The notes below the pieces were generated by a model, which was given only the letters and a program-made list of their open reading frames with translations, had not been told where the DNA came from and ran no database searches. Positions 36,934 to 49,741 of a stretch of 64,000 nt of DNA are shown in pieces; position 1 is the first letter of the stretch; every line of letters begins with the position of its first letter. This DNA is from Octopus vulgaris (lineage: Eukaryota), in contig OX597816.1 of assembly GCA_951406725.2 (NCBI GenBank), positions 64,418,001-64,482,000 of the forward strand, read 5' to 3'. The position numbers and the translations under genes are program-made.

Positions 36934-38213
36934 TATTGTTGGGTGAGCAAGAAAGTAATTTCGGTTTTTCAGTGTGAAATAAAAGTCATTTTTCTCATAC
37001 AAAGAATGAACTTTAATCCATTATATATTTTCCATTTTGTTTGATGACCTTTTGCCATTTTTCTGAGAACTTCATGTTTCCACACTTATAGAACTTCTGG
37101 TCCTTATCAGCCAAAAGCTGAAGCAAGTGTGATTTCATATCATCATCTTTATTGAAAGTGTTACCACTTAAAGAATTTTGGAAGCTTCAAAGTAAACGGT
37201 AAACTGATGGTGCAAGATCAGTGCTATATGGCAAATGTGACATCACTTCCGAACCAAGTTCAAATAATTGTTCACGAGTTAGCAACGACGTGTGTGGTCT
37301 AGCGTTGTCATAGTAGCACACGATTCCTTCCGATTTGCCAATTCTGGTCGTTTTTCCTTTGATCACTTCCTCGAGTTTCATTGGCTGTTGACAGTAAACA
37401 TTTGAAGCGATCATTTGGCTCCTTGGAAGCAGCTCAAAATACACAACACCTTTGTAATCCCACCAAATTGACAGCATGGCCTTTCTTTCATGCAATTCAG
37501 CTTTTGATGTGGTTTGTACTGGTTCATCACGCTTAGACCATGATCGTTTTCTATTGATGTTAATGTAAAAAATCCATTTTTCATCATCAGTGATGATTCG
37601 TTTAAATAAAAGTTCGATTTCATAGCGTTTGAGATGCATATCGCAAAATATTGATTCGTTGTGTTAAGTGAATCTCTTTCAATTTATGTGGAACCCAAAT
37701 ATCGAGTCCAAGACATTTTAAGTGATTTTCGATTGTTGTGTGTGATACATTTAATATCTTTGCAATATCTCACAAAGTCATATGACAATCAGTTTCAATT
37801 GTGACTTTTATCCGGACATCATCAACTTCAGTAGGTCGACCAGAACTTTAGTCATATTTGAGTAAATCCAGAACGGAATTTTTAAAAGCATTTCTGACAG
37901 GTGCGTTCTGTTAAGCAATCAACACCGTAAACTTCACATATCTCTTTGTGAACCTCAGCAGCTTTCTCGCCTCGACGGAAATTTAAAAAAAAGCAAATAT
38001 ATGGCGGAAATGTTCGTTTGTGCACTCAATGTTAAAATTGATACTGAACTAACAGCTGTAAAGAAAATTGCACACAATTTACTTCTAAAATAAGCTAAAA
38101 GTAACAGGCTATCAAATGTCAAAAGGAGAACCTCATAACATTGATAAAAGTCATTCAAACAAAATCGTAGTTTTATTTGCGAAAAACGAAAGTAGTTTCT
38201 TGCCAACCGAATA
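36934..38213 (-). mobile_element. Full-length (about 1.28 kb) decayed mariner transposon
   Basis: ORF 37187-37639 with ITDDEKW, YDNARPHT and HLPYSTDLAPSVY. IWVPHKL at about 37690. Degenerate TIRs tattgttgggtgagcaagaaagtaatttcgg / cgaaagtagtttcttgccaaccgaata. Confidence 0.93.
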
Positions 38214-40741
38214 ATTTATAATTTTAGCAATCTAGCGTCGTAGAATCGCTACAATTTGCGCAAAAGGCTTCAGCAATAAAAGGCTACATGCACGCTCTTA
38301 GATATATATTATTAAAAAGTCACCATTTTGAATATTTTACTCAATTCGTTTTTGTTGAAATGTACAGTCAAGTATTTGACGCCAAATTAGATGCAAATAT
38401 AAAAGACTATTGGAGAGGGATGAGGAACAACAGCACAATTATTTTAGTCCGATATGCTCGTAAAAGACAAGTATCCAGGAAATCATTTATTCGGCTTGTT
38501 ATATCATCTCGGATTCTACCCTTACATCAACTGCCATTAGATACTTATTATTTATTCAAACTACTGCTCTGAATATAGAGACGCAGACAATTAACGTGGC
38601 ATATTCTGAATTCCATCTCATAAAGTTCTGTTCGCATTCACAACGCAATTAAATCAAATTACCTCCATTTACACAGCAGCAAATTTGTTACTATTTCGTT
38701 TAAGCGATTGTACTGAAGCAGTGGTAATGTTCTCTTAGAAAGGGACATTAATCATTTATTCCGTACGTTGTAAACTGAAGTTCGTTAAATAGATACAACA
38801 TAATGGTATTTCGGGAAAATAATTTACATGTACTCAGAAGTAGCTAAATTTTGCCATTTTGTACACTTCAACCATATAAGTCTATACATCATACCTTCAA
38901 TTATTTTGACTAATAACATATGATGTTAGTTTCTTTTCTCTCTAGGATTGCATGTATTTACAACACGATTATTTATGTGGAAGCAAAGTGTTTTTTTTTT
39001 TTTTATAATAGAACGTTCAGTTTCTGGTAATATATCATAGCACAGCTGAGAACTGTACATGATTATACAATCGTTTAGTTATTCATTTCCGTAGTTCACG
39101 CATTCAAAGCTCTGTTGCCAATACAATCGACAATTCTCTAAACATCTCGATATACCTCATCTGTAACATCCAGAAATTAAAGAAGCTTTATCTAAACATT
39201 CAAGGTTTAATATTTTAAGTAATATGCTAAGAAAAATTTATCATTTACTAAATTACTTATAGACCATTATATAATAAACTACATTATAATAAAATGCTTT
39301 TGAAAATCGATGCCAGTCCACTCCCTCTGTTATGTTCTCATTGTTCATCCAAAGGTCAGTGCTGATCGAGTAGCCTCTGATTGGAAGCGTTGCTTCTGTC
39401 ACCAAATTTGTATGTTTGTAGATATCTTTTTTAGTTGGATCACCTAATCCAATGTATCGTTTCTTTAGTGAAGATAGTATGTTAAATACTTACACATTTA
39501 CACATACAAGCAACGTCCCCTATATATAATTTAACCTTACGGTGCTTTATTTTACTGGAAAGCAATTCTATTGTATTGAACTATTTAGTAATTTTTTTCT
39601 TGAAAACTATTTCACTGTTCTCGGTTCTATTAACGGCTTTGCGTTCAGCCGCGTATACTGCCATTGATGTAGCAACATTTGAAATTTTGTCTTGGTGAAT
39701 CTAACTGAGGAGCGCTAATCAAATTTACGTCAACAAACGTATTTCAACAGTTGCAATCTTAGGTCCTAGATTATCAACACCTGGGCTGTACGTTTATCTA
39801 ATATTTTTCCTACAGATAAGATAATTCTGTTTTACGTTTGCCGCCCGCACACATCTTTGCCAGTATATATACAGCGAAGCTTTACTATAGCGTCGTATAT
39901 TATCGACTGCTATTTCCAGTGCATATTGGTCCATTATTGTACAAACTTTCTATATATATATATGTATGTATCATATTCTGATCTCTAATATGTAATGTGG
40001 AGGAATGATTATCAGCAGTAAATTGAGCTTATAGAAGCATTAAACAAGTGCTTCAAATGAAAAAAATCACACGTGGTGGATGTATATGACATCTATATAT
40101 TAAACTTCGAGTAAAAATATTCATATTGCAGTTTGAAGAGAATGAGAAGCTTAAGCAAACAAGGAAAAGTGCAAAATATATCACGGTCTTATCAGAATTC
40201 TTCAGTGCACCATATTCTATTCAGTTGGTATATCTAAGTAAACATATAGAAAAATGCTAGGAGAAATTATTAACTCTAATTAAGGATAACAAAGCATAAC
40301 CGATACAGAATACCTCGAAAAGTTCCTCAGAAATCTAAAAGTATTGCAGAGTTTCATAATGAGCAATTAGCTAAATTTATCCGAGTATTTCGTTGACAGA
40401 AACTTCCTCTACAGGTATTGAAAAACCCAAAGCAACGAGCAACGGAGATATTCTTCGCTCAACAACTAGAAACAATGTGACTTGTAAATAATATTATATA
40501 GAGAAATAAAGAAACACACACATACACAGACAGGCACGTACACACACACACACACTTACACAGACACAAACTCACATACACATAAAAAAAGATAGCAAAT
40601 GCACCTGGATATATACACACGCAGGGATTTATAGACATACATATACACAGAAATAACTTTATGTATATATATATATATATATATAAATAAATATATATAT
40701 ATATATAAATATATTTATATATAAATATATCTATATATATA

Positions 40742-40780
<39 letters not shown>

Positions 40781-41097
40781 ATAGATGTATAGCAAGATAT
40801 GCATTTAGATAAATATATATATATGTATATAGACACGGATATATGAATGTGTATGTATATGCAGCTATAGACTTCACATCAGACCATTATTAACTTGGTA
40901 TAGTTTCCCTTTTTCTGACAGAGAGAAATCAGTAAAAGCAAAGCGTGTAGTAAAGTTCTAAAAGTATTTACTACAGGGAGGTTAATAGTTCCAAGAGATG
41001 CCAGAAAATGATTTATTTGCGTCAATGTTAAAAGTCTGTAGAAATCGATTTCTTATATCTACTTCTAACCAGCACAATAGTATTTTTTCATGTTTGA

Positions 41098-41188
<91 letters not shown>

Positions 41189-41276
41189 CATATATATAGG
41201 CATACATATATATATAAATTGACAAGTATATATATATATATCACATATCAAATATATGTACGTATATGTATTTGTG

Positions 41277-41337
<61 letters not shown>

Positions 41338-41366
41338 CTATATCATCAATTTATATATATATATAT

Positions 41367-41425
<59 letters not shown>
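41098..41425. repeat. Compound (TA)n/(CA)n/(TG)n microsatellite field
   Basis: Direct reading. Confidence 0.95.
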
Positions 41426-41429
<4 letters not shown>

Positions 41430-41893
41430 ATACCTATATAAAAACGAAGAAGATATGAAAATTCAGAGAAGCAGATCATACAAACCCATTCACAATTAAT
41501 GCATACACACGCATGTTGCACTTGTGTGAGCGTGTGTGTGAGTGAGGGACTGTGTGAGTGTGTGTATGTGTGTTTGTATGCGTGAGTGTATGTACATGCT
41601 GTTGTATATCTGTAGAAACTTCTGAATTATGTACATGCACAATTGTATATTTTCATAAATATACACTTTATACAAATGCATCCACAGACGCACACACGCA
41701 TACAGTGTGTGTGTGCGCGCGTGAGTGCATGCGTGTGTGTGTGTTTACATGTATGTATGTGTATTTATATTTGGTTGCAAGTGATTATAAATTTTTATTT
41801 GTAACTTTTATGTTTCGTGTAGCAGATGCCAAACGGTGAACTTGCCAAATGCCAAACTCGACAGAAAGCCTGTAACGTAATTGACATGTTTGT

Positions 41894-41962
<69 letters not shown>

Positions 41963-43102
41963 TTTTTCTCTGTTTTTATTGTTTTCATTATACATTTGCC
42001 TCCTTCCTACAATTCTTCCTACTTCAGAAATCAAAAGAAATCAAAAACAGGAGCAGCAGAGTCATTATTCTTCATTACCTTGATAAGATACTGCTATCCA
42101 TTTTCGCTTTCAGATGTTCTTCATTGCAAGAAAATGTTTAAATAAACTTTCCTTTAGAACTTATTTTTTTACAAATAAATTTTATTAATATCGCTTAGAA
42201 AATGTATATAATTCATTGAGTTATTTCTAATAGAATTGTCTGTATGAACATTCTACAAAAAAATATTTGTTTAATTATATTATTTCTGTATATTATATCG
42301 AGGTAAATTATGATATTTCTTGGTCTCACACCATTTCACGAAGCGACGTCGATATACATTTGGAATCATTTCAATTTATTTATGTTCTTAAATAATAATA
42401 GGTAAAAAAAAATGTTAAACATGAAAATTGGATATAATAATTTACTGTTTCTGTGAGCAGTTCAGTCTTCAGTTTGATATCTATATAACAGGCATTTGTT
42501 TTCTAAAGAACTCAGTGAATGTAATGTTGTAAAACTAAATCTTCAATGAAGATAAGCAAGTAATAATTTATAGTTACTGCTCCCATTAGCACCGGAAAAT
42601 TTTCGATAGGACTATAGACTGCAGACCAATTTACAGTATAGTTGTTGATTGCATTGCTGTTGTTGTTGTTGTTTTTCTTTTCCTTCATCTTCGTTTTCTG
42701 TTCCTCCTTTTGTCGCAGTTCAAACTCATGACAGTATTGAATGGGAAGACCTAGGAATAAAGGCACCACAACGATTAACTTCTACTCCTTAATCAGGCCC
42801 TACGTACATAAACTGTATCCTAACCTATATAGGTATGCACTCTAGGAAACCTTACTGCACTTTCTAGCAAGGTCTAACCATCATGTTGGGACTCATTCGT
42901 TGACTGCTATCCACCAGTAGAAGAAATGTAAGACATTTTTATTTTCAGTTTGACATTTTTAAGGAAATAACTTTATCTTACTATTGGTAAAATAACCAAA
43001 CGTAATTTCCTTTTTCTAAAATCCTCATAGTGCTGTCAAAATATTTGTCATGCACATCCGCCAATAAGCGTCGTGACTGAAAACAAAAAAAAAAAAAGAT
43101 CT

Positions 43103-43281
43103 CAGGAGTGGTTGTATGGTAAGCAGCTTGCTTACCAACCACATGGTTCCGGGTTCAGTCCCACTGCGTGGCACCTTCGGCAAGTGATTTCTACTGCAGC
43201 TTCGGGCCGACCAAAGCCTTTTGAGTGGATTTGGTAGACGGAAACTGGAAGAAACCCATCGTATATATGTATATATATATA

Positions 43282-43356
<75 letters not shown>

Positions 43357-43620
43357 GTATGTGTGTGTGTGTGTGTGTGTGCGTGTGTGTGTGTGTGAGT
43401 ATGTGTGTGTCTGTGTTTGTCCCCCCAACATCGCATGACAACTGATGCTGGTGTGTTTACGTCCCCGTAAATTAGCGGTTCGGCAAAAGAGACCGATATA
43501 ATAAGTACTAGGCTTACAAAGAATAAGTCCTGGGGTTGATTTGCTCGACTAAAGGCGGTGTTCCAGCATGGCCACAGTCAAATGACTGAGACAAGTAAAA
43601 GTGTGAAAGAGTAAAAGAGA
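43103..43620 (+). mobile_element. SINE family A, near full length
   Basis: Head caggagtggttgtatggtaag...gggttcagtccc, internal (TA)n(TG)n, tail ggcggtgttccagcatggccacagtcaaatgactgagacaagtaaaag. Confidence 0.92.
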
Positions 43621-43653
43621 TTTATATTCGCTGGATTACCACTATTGGACGCA

Positions 43654-43850
43654 AGGCGGCCGAGCTGGCAGAATTGTTATCCTGCTGGGGAAAATGTTTA
43701 ATGACATTTTGTTTGAGTTCAAATTCTGCCGAGGTTGACGTTGCTCTTCGTATTTTCAGGGGCTGATAAAATAAATACCAGCCGGGCATGAATCGATTTT
43801 ATCAATTTACCCCTCCTTTGAACTTGCTGGCCTTGTGCCAATTTGAAAAC
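43654..43850 (+). mobile_element. SINE family B
   Basis: aggcggccgagctggcagaattgtta...gagttcaaattctgccgaggttgac...gataaaataaataccag. Confidence 0.8.
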
Positions 43851-44619
43851 GTTATAACTACTGAATGCCTTAGTTAAATATCCTCTACGAGTCTCATACT
43901 CATAATACCATGATTTCAGTTCGAGGATTGGTCACTACAGTGCTTTCTTCAGCATATCACTTAATATCATGTCATTCTTCAGCATATGGCTTAATATCAT
44001 GTCTACTGAGATGTGATTATTATTACCAGGGAAAAAAAACTGCTATATCCATTCCTCCTTTCATTATCCTTGAATTTCCGTTGGGTCAAGACTGGAGTGT
44101 GCAAAAGCGTGTGTTTGTCTGCTCGGCTATGTATAATCACCTGAAACAATTAGCGAAAGCAGGTTAGATGTTGGCAAACCATTCTTACCCGCGAGTATGA
44201 CTAACCATACTGTCAGTATAATGACTAATGTCATTATTTCTGCTTTGTATCAAAGTACGTGTATATTCGACACAACGCTATTATGTGCATCTTTGTGTTG
44301 AAAACTTCCCAGTGCACTTTCTGAATCATATACATCTCAAATTATTTCTGAAAGGGATTAATTAGCTCATCAGTGCCTGCTAATGCAGATCCTATCCAAC
44401 TGAGCATTGATATGGATCTTAATTAAATTACTCCAAGCCAGTAGTAAATGTCAGTATACATCGTTCCACCATGTGTTACACAACCTTCACGAAATACACC
44501 GTCTAATAACAAAGATAATATTTATTTTCTACATTTTAGAACAAAACTATTTGCATTTACTAGGATAAATTGTCACAATGGCTCTATTTTTATTGTGCTT
44601 ATTTAACTCCCCAAAGGTG

Positions 44620-44832
44620 GAAAACTGGTAGAACCATTAGCAGGGGGAACAAAATACTAAGTAGCATTTCTTCCAGCTTGACATTTATTGGTTCAAATTT
44701 CGCCGAGATCGATTTTGTCTTTCATCCTTTCGGGGTCGACAAAATAAGTAGCAGTTGAACACTGGTGTCGATATAATCCACTAGTACCCTCCCAGACATT
44801 TTCAGGCTTTTGCCTAGTGTAGAAGCGATTAT
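44620..44832 (+). mobile_element. SINE family B, decayed
   Basis: ggttcaaatttcgccgagatcgattttgtctttcatcctttcggggtcgacaaaataagta. Confidence 0.8.
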
Positions 44833-44903
44833 TTAGCTCTCGAGTTTCCTCTAAATATATAAACTTATAGCCAATGGTATTTCAACAAGAATCATCCCAT
44901 ATC

Positions 44904-45111
44904 TACGCGGCGGTACGAAAAGTTCCTGACTTTAAACGTGTCACGAAAGGCCTGGTGGGAGGTCAACCTTCCGAGTTCTTTTACAGAACTTAGAAACCTT
45001 GAAGCAGCGCTGCAATGATTGTGTGAATCTGAGAGGAGAATACGTTGAATAAAAAAGCATAATTAACTGGTGCTCTTGTATCTTCTTTTACTGAAAGCCA
45101 AGAAATTATCA
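44904..45111 (+). mobile_element. Mariner-derived MITE retaining the transposase C-terminus
   Basis: TIR-like tacgcggcggtacgaaaagttcctgacttt ... aaagccaagaaattatc. Internal LETLKQRCNDCVNLRGEYVE* resembles the mariner C-terminal RWxKCxxxxGxYVE. A related left end lies at 62410. Confidence 0.75.
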
Positions 45112-45246
45112 TAGATTATCTAGGACTATATTATCAAATAACGGTATCGTACGATTTGAGGAAGGTTTGTCAGCTAATTCTAGCTGGCCAAGCGGTAACT
45201 TTGAGGCCTGAGATTGTGATAAAACTCACAATATATTACAATATAT

Positions 45247-45680
45247 TATGAAAATCTCCAAGAGGAATGTGAAGACGCAGGCTGGAAAGCGGAACATTTT
45301 CCTATCGAAGTCGGATGTAGAGGGTTTGTTGGACACAGCGTGAGACGACTGTGGTTGTCAATAGGCTTAACACATCATAAAGTCAATACCACCATGACTG
45401 ATATCCAATCTACAGTGGAGAAGGCTAGCCACTGGATTTGGTTAAAAAGAGACGATGAGCGATGGCTAAAAGTATATTGAGTTCTTCATAACCAGCTGAT
45501 CTAGCAAGCGGGCCTCATATCAGTGAGGGGAGGGCCGGTGCGCATTGATGCCGTCGAGAGGTAGGTCCCGAAATGGCGCGCATTCTCTCCTGATGACCCC
45601 ATACACTTGCTAGCTTCCGGTATACGGAGCTTTTAACTGGTAGCACTTGCATGTGCAAGTTGTTTGCAAGACAACATATA
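45247..45680 (+). mobile_element. 5'-truncated Hero-like (RLE) non-LTR retrotransposon: open 77-aa C-terminus plus structured 3' UTR
   Basis: 45247-45480 translates without internal stop to YENLQEECEDAGWKAEHFPIEVGCRGFVGHSVRRLWLSIGL...VEKASHWIWLKRDDERWLKVY*. The P(I/V)EVGCRGF and AE.AS.W.W.KR motifs are typical of the Hero clade. Missed by the ORF track because it has no early start codon. Confidence 0.85.
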
Positions 45681-46771
45681 CAATGGATAAAATTCAGTGA
45701 GGAAGCTTTCACTGATTCACTCAAGATGCTGAAATTAACAACTAAATTTCCTAAAGGTCACATTCTGTCATCAAGATAAGTGCATATTAGATAAGCAATT
45801 GTATGTACCATTAAAAGTTAAGATAGTTATAGCAGGAAATTGATAGATCTTTGATCTACTAAATAAGAGTTAGTTTGGAGGTAAACAACAACACAACTAT
45901 ACTGTGGATACTTTGTATCCAGGTAAGGTAGTGAAACAATCTGTCTAAAACAGAAAATATATTGATTTATTCTCCGTTATCTTCATTCAAAGATAAAAAG
46001 AAATAAAAGTTTTGTTTTCTTCCCAAGAAGAATGATTATCATTGCAGTATATCTTTCTATAAATTTCATATGCTGTGAGCCGCAATATTTGATTTGGAGA
46101 TTTACTTCGCAACAGGAATCATCAGATGACATCTTTCTCTTTATTAGTAACATAAATAGTGTCCTCAAAACAGACATTTCTTCAGTTGTCTCTTTTCTCT
46201 TATGATTATGTCTTATTCTTATGTCTTATGTATACAATTTGTAACGTTATTTGATGTACATGTTTAGATACCTATGATCAAAGTATTGTACCTGTGACCA
46301 TCCAATCTTTCTGTTATTGTTTCAGACACATTTTAGCTAGGGCTGCATTATTTAATGTCTGCAATCATTTATCAAACACTATTGTTGCGTGTGGGTAGGT
46401 TTTTCAATTAGAAGAATTGGCTAATATTTCTAGTGTGGTGTCTCTCTAATTGACTTAGTTTCGCCTCTGGTTCAATTGCTTGTTCCATGTCATCTACAAA
46501 ACGAGATATGCATAGAAACGTCGCACAGCACACAGTGTCTCAAAGTAGCAGTTGCAAAATAAGTATTTCTTGACTCTGTGAAGAGTAATGAATATGCTAG
46601 ATTATCTTTTAAGACTGAGAGTAAATATGGGTCCAAGCATTATGTAAAGCGGTGAAATCCAGTAGATGAGAGCCCCACGAAAATAAAGACGAAATTTGTG
46701 CATGCTTGTCTGTCTACATCTACACCTACAGGACTTACATGTCTTACTTTCAATTTCTATAGACGATGAGG

Positions 46772-47000
46772 TTGCGAGCTGGAAGAATCATTAACACGTC
46801 TTTAGCCAATTCTTTGGCAACATTTCTTTCCGTTCAGAGTTCGTTTAAATTTCTTTACGTTCAGAGTTCGATTACCACAAATATGAACTTTGCTTCCCAT
46901 CTTTTTGGTTGATAAAATATCACTGCTAGTCCTAGTACTGATGCTGGTGTACTCAACTTACGCCCTTCCCTCCAGTTACCAGCTTTGTAATCAATATGAA
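46772..47000 (+). mobile_element. SINE family B, highly decayed
   Basis: gcgagctggaagaatcatta...cgttcagagttcgattacc...aactttgcttcccatctttttggttgataaaat. Confidence 0.6.
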
Positions 47001-48096
47001 CGATATGCAATTGTCGAGTACTTCATGCATGAAATGTCATGCGTGTGATATCAGAGTTACGACATCATTCACATAATTCCATAGTTGATAGGTCAATGAT
47101 CTAATGTCATCACTGTGATATAATGTAATGTCATCACTGTGATGTCATTGCTGTGATATTATAGTTTGGGTAGCAGTGCTGGAGTGAAACTATAAAGCCT
47201 AAAATGTCTTAAATATTAATCAACACTAAATGTAACATCAAAAGTACTAATGATGTATTGACTGGCAACTGTTATGTTATTGCTAACTCATGTCCGGTCG
47301 GCTCCGAACGAGCATATGTAAATTGATCAATAGCATTTAAAGCAGGACCACCTTAAAATATTTCATCTATTCTATACCATGGATAATACTAACTTTATGC
47401 CTCAGATTTATTTAAAATCTCGTGAGAGTATTATTTAAAGTGCACTTGCTTGCTATTTCTAGCACGGCGAGCAGCTTGTAAGAGACGGTCTCAAAAATAT
47501 AGGTTAGTGAATAAAGGTGTTCATATGATGAACGATGTAAGAGACAAATATATTGATTTCTTACCTTGGCATGGAGCCTATTTTTGCAGGAGAATCATAT
47601 ATATGTCTGGATCGACTCATTATATGATTAGTTAAGATAGTGTTAACATATTGAATGTAATGAGCATCAACAATCAAATTACATGATTAGTAAGTGTGTT
47701 ATCGACTCTGTACAGATGGAAAGAAAAATTCAATGATGGCGTCTTTCGAAGCCAGAAAATAAAATAATCGAACCAAATGGCGTTAATGTTTCTGACACTC
47801 TACTACCTTAAGTAAATGAAAGGTAACAGTAAGTACAACAACAGCTCGGAATATAGGCAAGCGGTCTCATATTAGGTAGCAGAGATAGAATCGATTAATT
47901 TGACTCTAATAAATCGGTTACTATCTATATCTATGAAAAGATGGAGGCTAATTCGGCACAGTCAGATTTGGTCTCTGAACATGAAGAGATGTAACAAAAG
48001 ATCACTAGACTTTGATCAGTCAACGACTAACCTAATGGTAACCCTCATCGTCACAATAATAATAACAATAATAATAACAATAATAATAATAATAAT

Positions 48097-48572
48097 AAGT
48101 GTTATCATGTACATTGTTTTGTCTTGGTATAAAAGATGGGCTACAGCATATATTCTGCTCAATACTACAGATTTGCTTGTCAGTTGTTTGACCTTAACCA
48201 GTTGAGCATGTCCCTTAGTGGCTGACGATATGTGCATCTCTGATCACGAGCAGAAGTAGTGGGGGAGCATCAAAGCCATGTGTTGAGAGGGATTATTTGG
48301 GGTTTGAATAATTCACCTCTGGAAACATGGGTGTTTCGTTCAACATCCTTAAACAACCCTTATTCAGGGACCTTTCGAGTGGGATGGGTTACTCGACCTG
48401 AAGAAAATTCTAACTGGGCCCCACCTGCAAGGTCATATGCTGTTTAATTTGATATGAGATCACCATGTCGCGCACATTTGGTTGTGATGCATGTGCCTTG
48501 TGTACCCTTATCAGACGGGTAGTCATGATGGGTATACTGGGCTTCGTATATTTTACTGGGCTTCGTATATTA
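48097..48572 (+). mobile_element. Family D non-coding element in (AAT)n, copy 1
   Basis: About 480 bp homologous to 48660-49185 and 63903-64000. Flanked by (AAT)n and (GAT)n. Confidence 0.9.
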
Positions 48573-48587
48573 TTTTAATAATAATAC

Positions 48588-48655
<68 letters not shown>
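48588..48655. repeat. (GAT)n microsatellite
   Basis: Direct reading. Confidence 0.95.
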
Positions 48656-48656
<1 letters not shown>

Positions 48657-48659
48657 AAA

Positions 48660-49185
48660 ATGCTCTGATGCTCTACCAGACACTGGATATCATGGCTTCT
48701 TTTCTTAACTGATTGGAAATACTATCATGTACTTTTTTTGTCTTGGTAAAAAAGATGGGCTACAGAAGTTACTCACTTCAATGCTACAAATTTGCTTGTC
48801 AGTTGCTTGACCTTAACGGGTTTAGCATGTCCTTAGTGTAGAAGCAGTGGGAGAACATCATAGCCATATGTTGAGAGGAATTCCTTCTGGTTTGGATAAT
48901 TCATCTTTGCAAACATGAGTGTTTCGTTTAACATCCTCAAACAATCATTATTCAGGGACCTTTTGAGCGGGATGGGCTACTCGACCTGAAGAAAATTGGA
49001 ACTGGGCCCACCTGCAAGGTCATATGTTGTTTATTTTGATATGAAATCACCGTGTCGTGCAAATATGGTTGTGATGCATGTGCTTGGTGTACCCTGGTGT
49101 ATCAGACGGGTAGTCATGATGGTATACTGGGCTTCGTATATTTTACCATAGTGTCACTTTGATGGCATGCACTGCTCTCTCACTT
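48660..49185 (+). mobile_element. Family D non-coding element, copy 2 (more complete, more diverged)
   Basis: atgctctgatgc...gatggcatgcactgctctctcactt followed by (AAT)n. Confidence 0.9.
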
Positions 49186-49188
49186 AAA

Positions 49189-49198
49189 AATAATAATA

Positions 49199-49269
<71 letters not shown>

Positions 49270-49277
49270 TATTATTA

Positions 49278-49353
<76 letters not shown>
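49189..49353. repeat. (AAT)n immediately followed by (TAT)n, a self-complementary microsatellite
   Basis: Direct reading. The switch is at about 49268. Confidence 0.95.
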
Positions 49354-49357
<4 letters not shown>

Positions 49358-49741
49358 TTGTTTTATTTTTATAGCGTGCTTTCACTTCACTACCGAGCGC
49401 AGCTCTGTGTGCCTTGGGTATGTGCTGTGATTTGTTGTGATGCTCTGATGGTTATTGTATGGAAAGTGTTCTGCGTAGGATGTGTGCAGTGCCTAGTAGT
49501 GCAATTTTCTGTATGTTATATGTGTTTGTAAGTCCTGGTGTTTTTGTTATGTATTTGTCTGAATATTTTTTTATCATGCCTAATGCACCTACTATGATAG
49601 GAATTGTTTCTGTTTTCAGATTCCACATTCTAGTTACCTCTATTTCCAGGTCTTTGTATTTTGAGAGTTTCTCCATTTCTTTTAGAGACACATTGTCATC
49701 TGCCGGTATTGATACATCAATTAGAAAGCATTTTAGAAAGC
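49354..49741 (-). mobile_element. 5'-truncated R4/Dong-like retrotransposon (intact RLE C-terminus plus 3' UTR) in (TAA)n
   Basis: CFLIDVSIPADDNVSLKEMEKLSKYKDLEIEVTRMWNLKTETIPIIVGALG...IQKIALLGTAHILRRTL* (ORF 49452-49691). TAA repeats on both sides, the known Dong-type target. Confidence 0.92.

Noticed and set aside
45565-45600. Type-II hammerhead from CGAAA...CTGATGA
   Set aside because: No room for stem I and no stem II pairing. Kept only as part of the structured 3' UTR finding.
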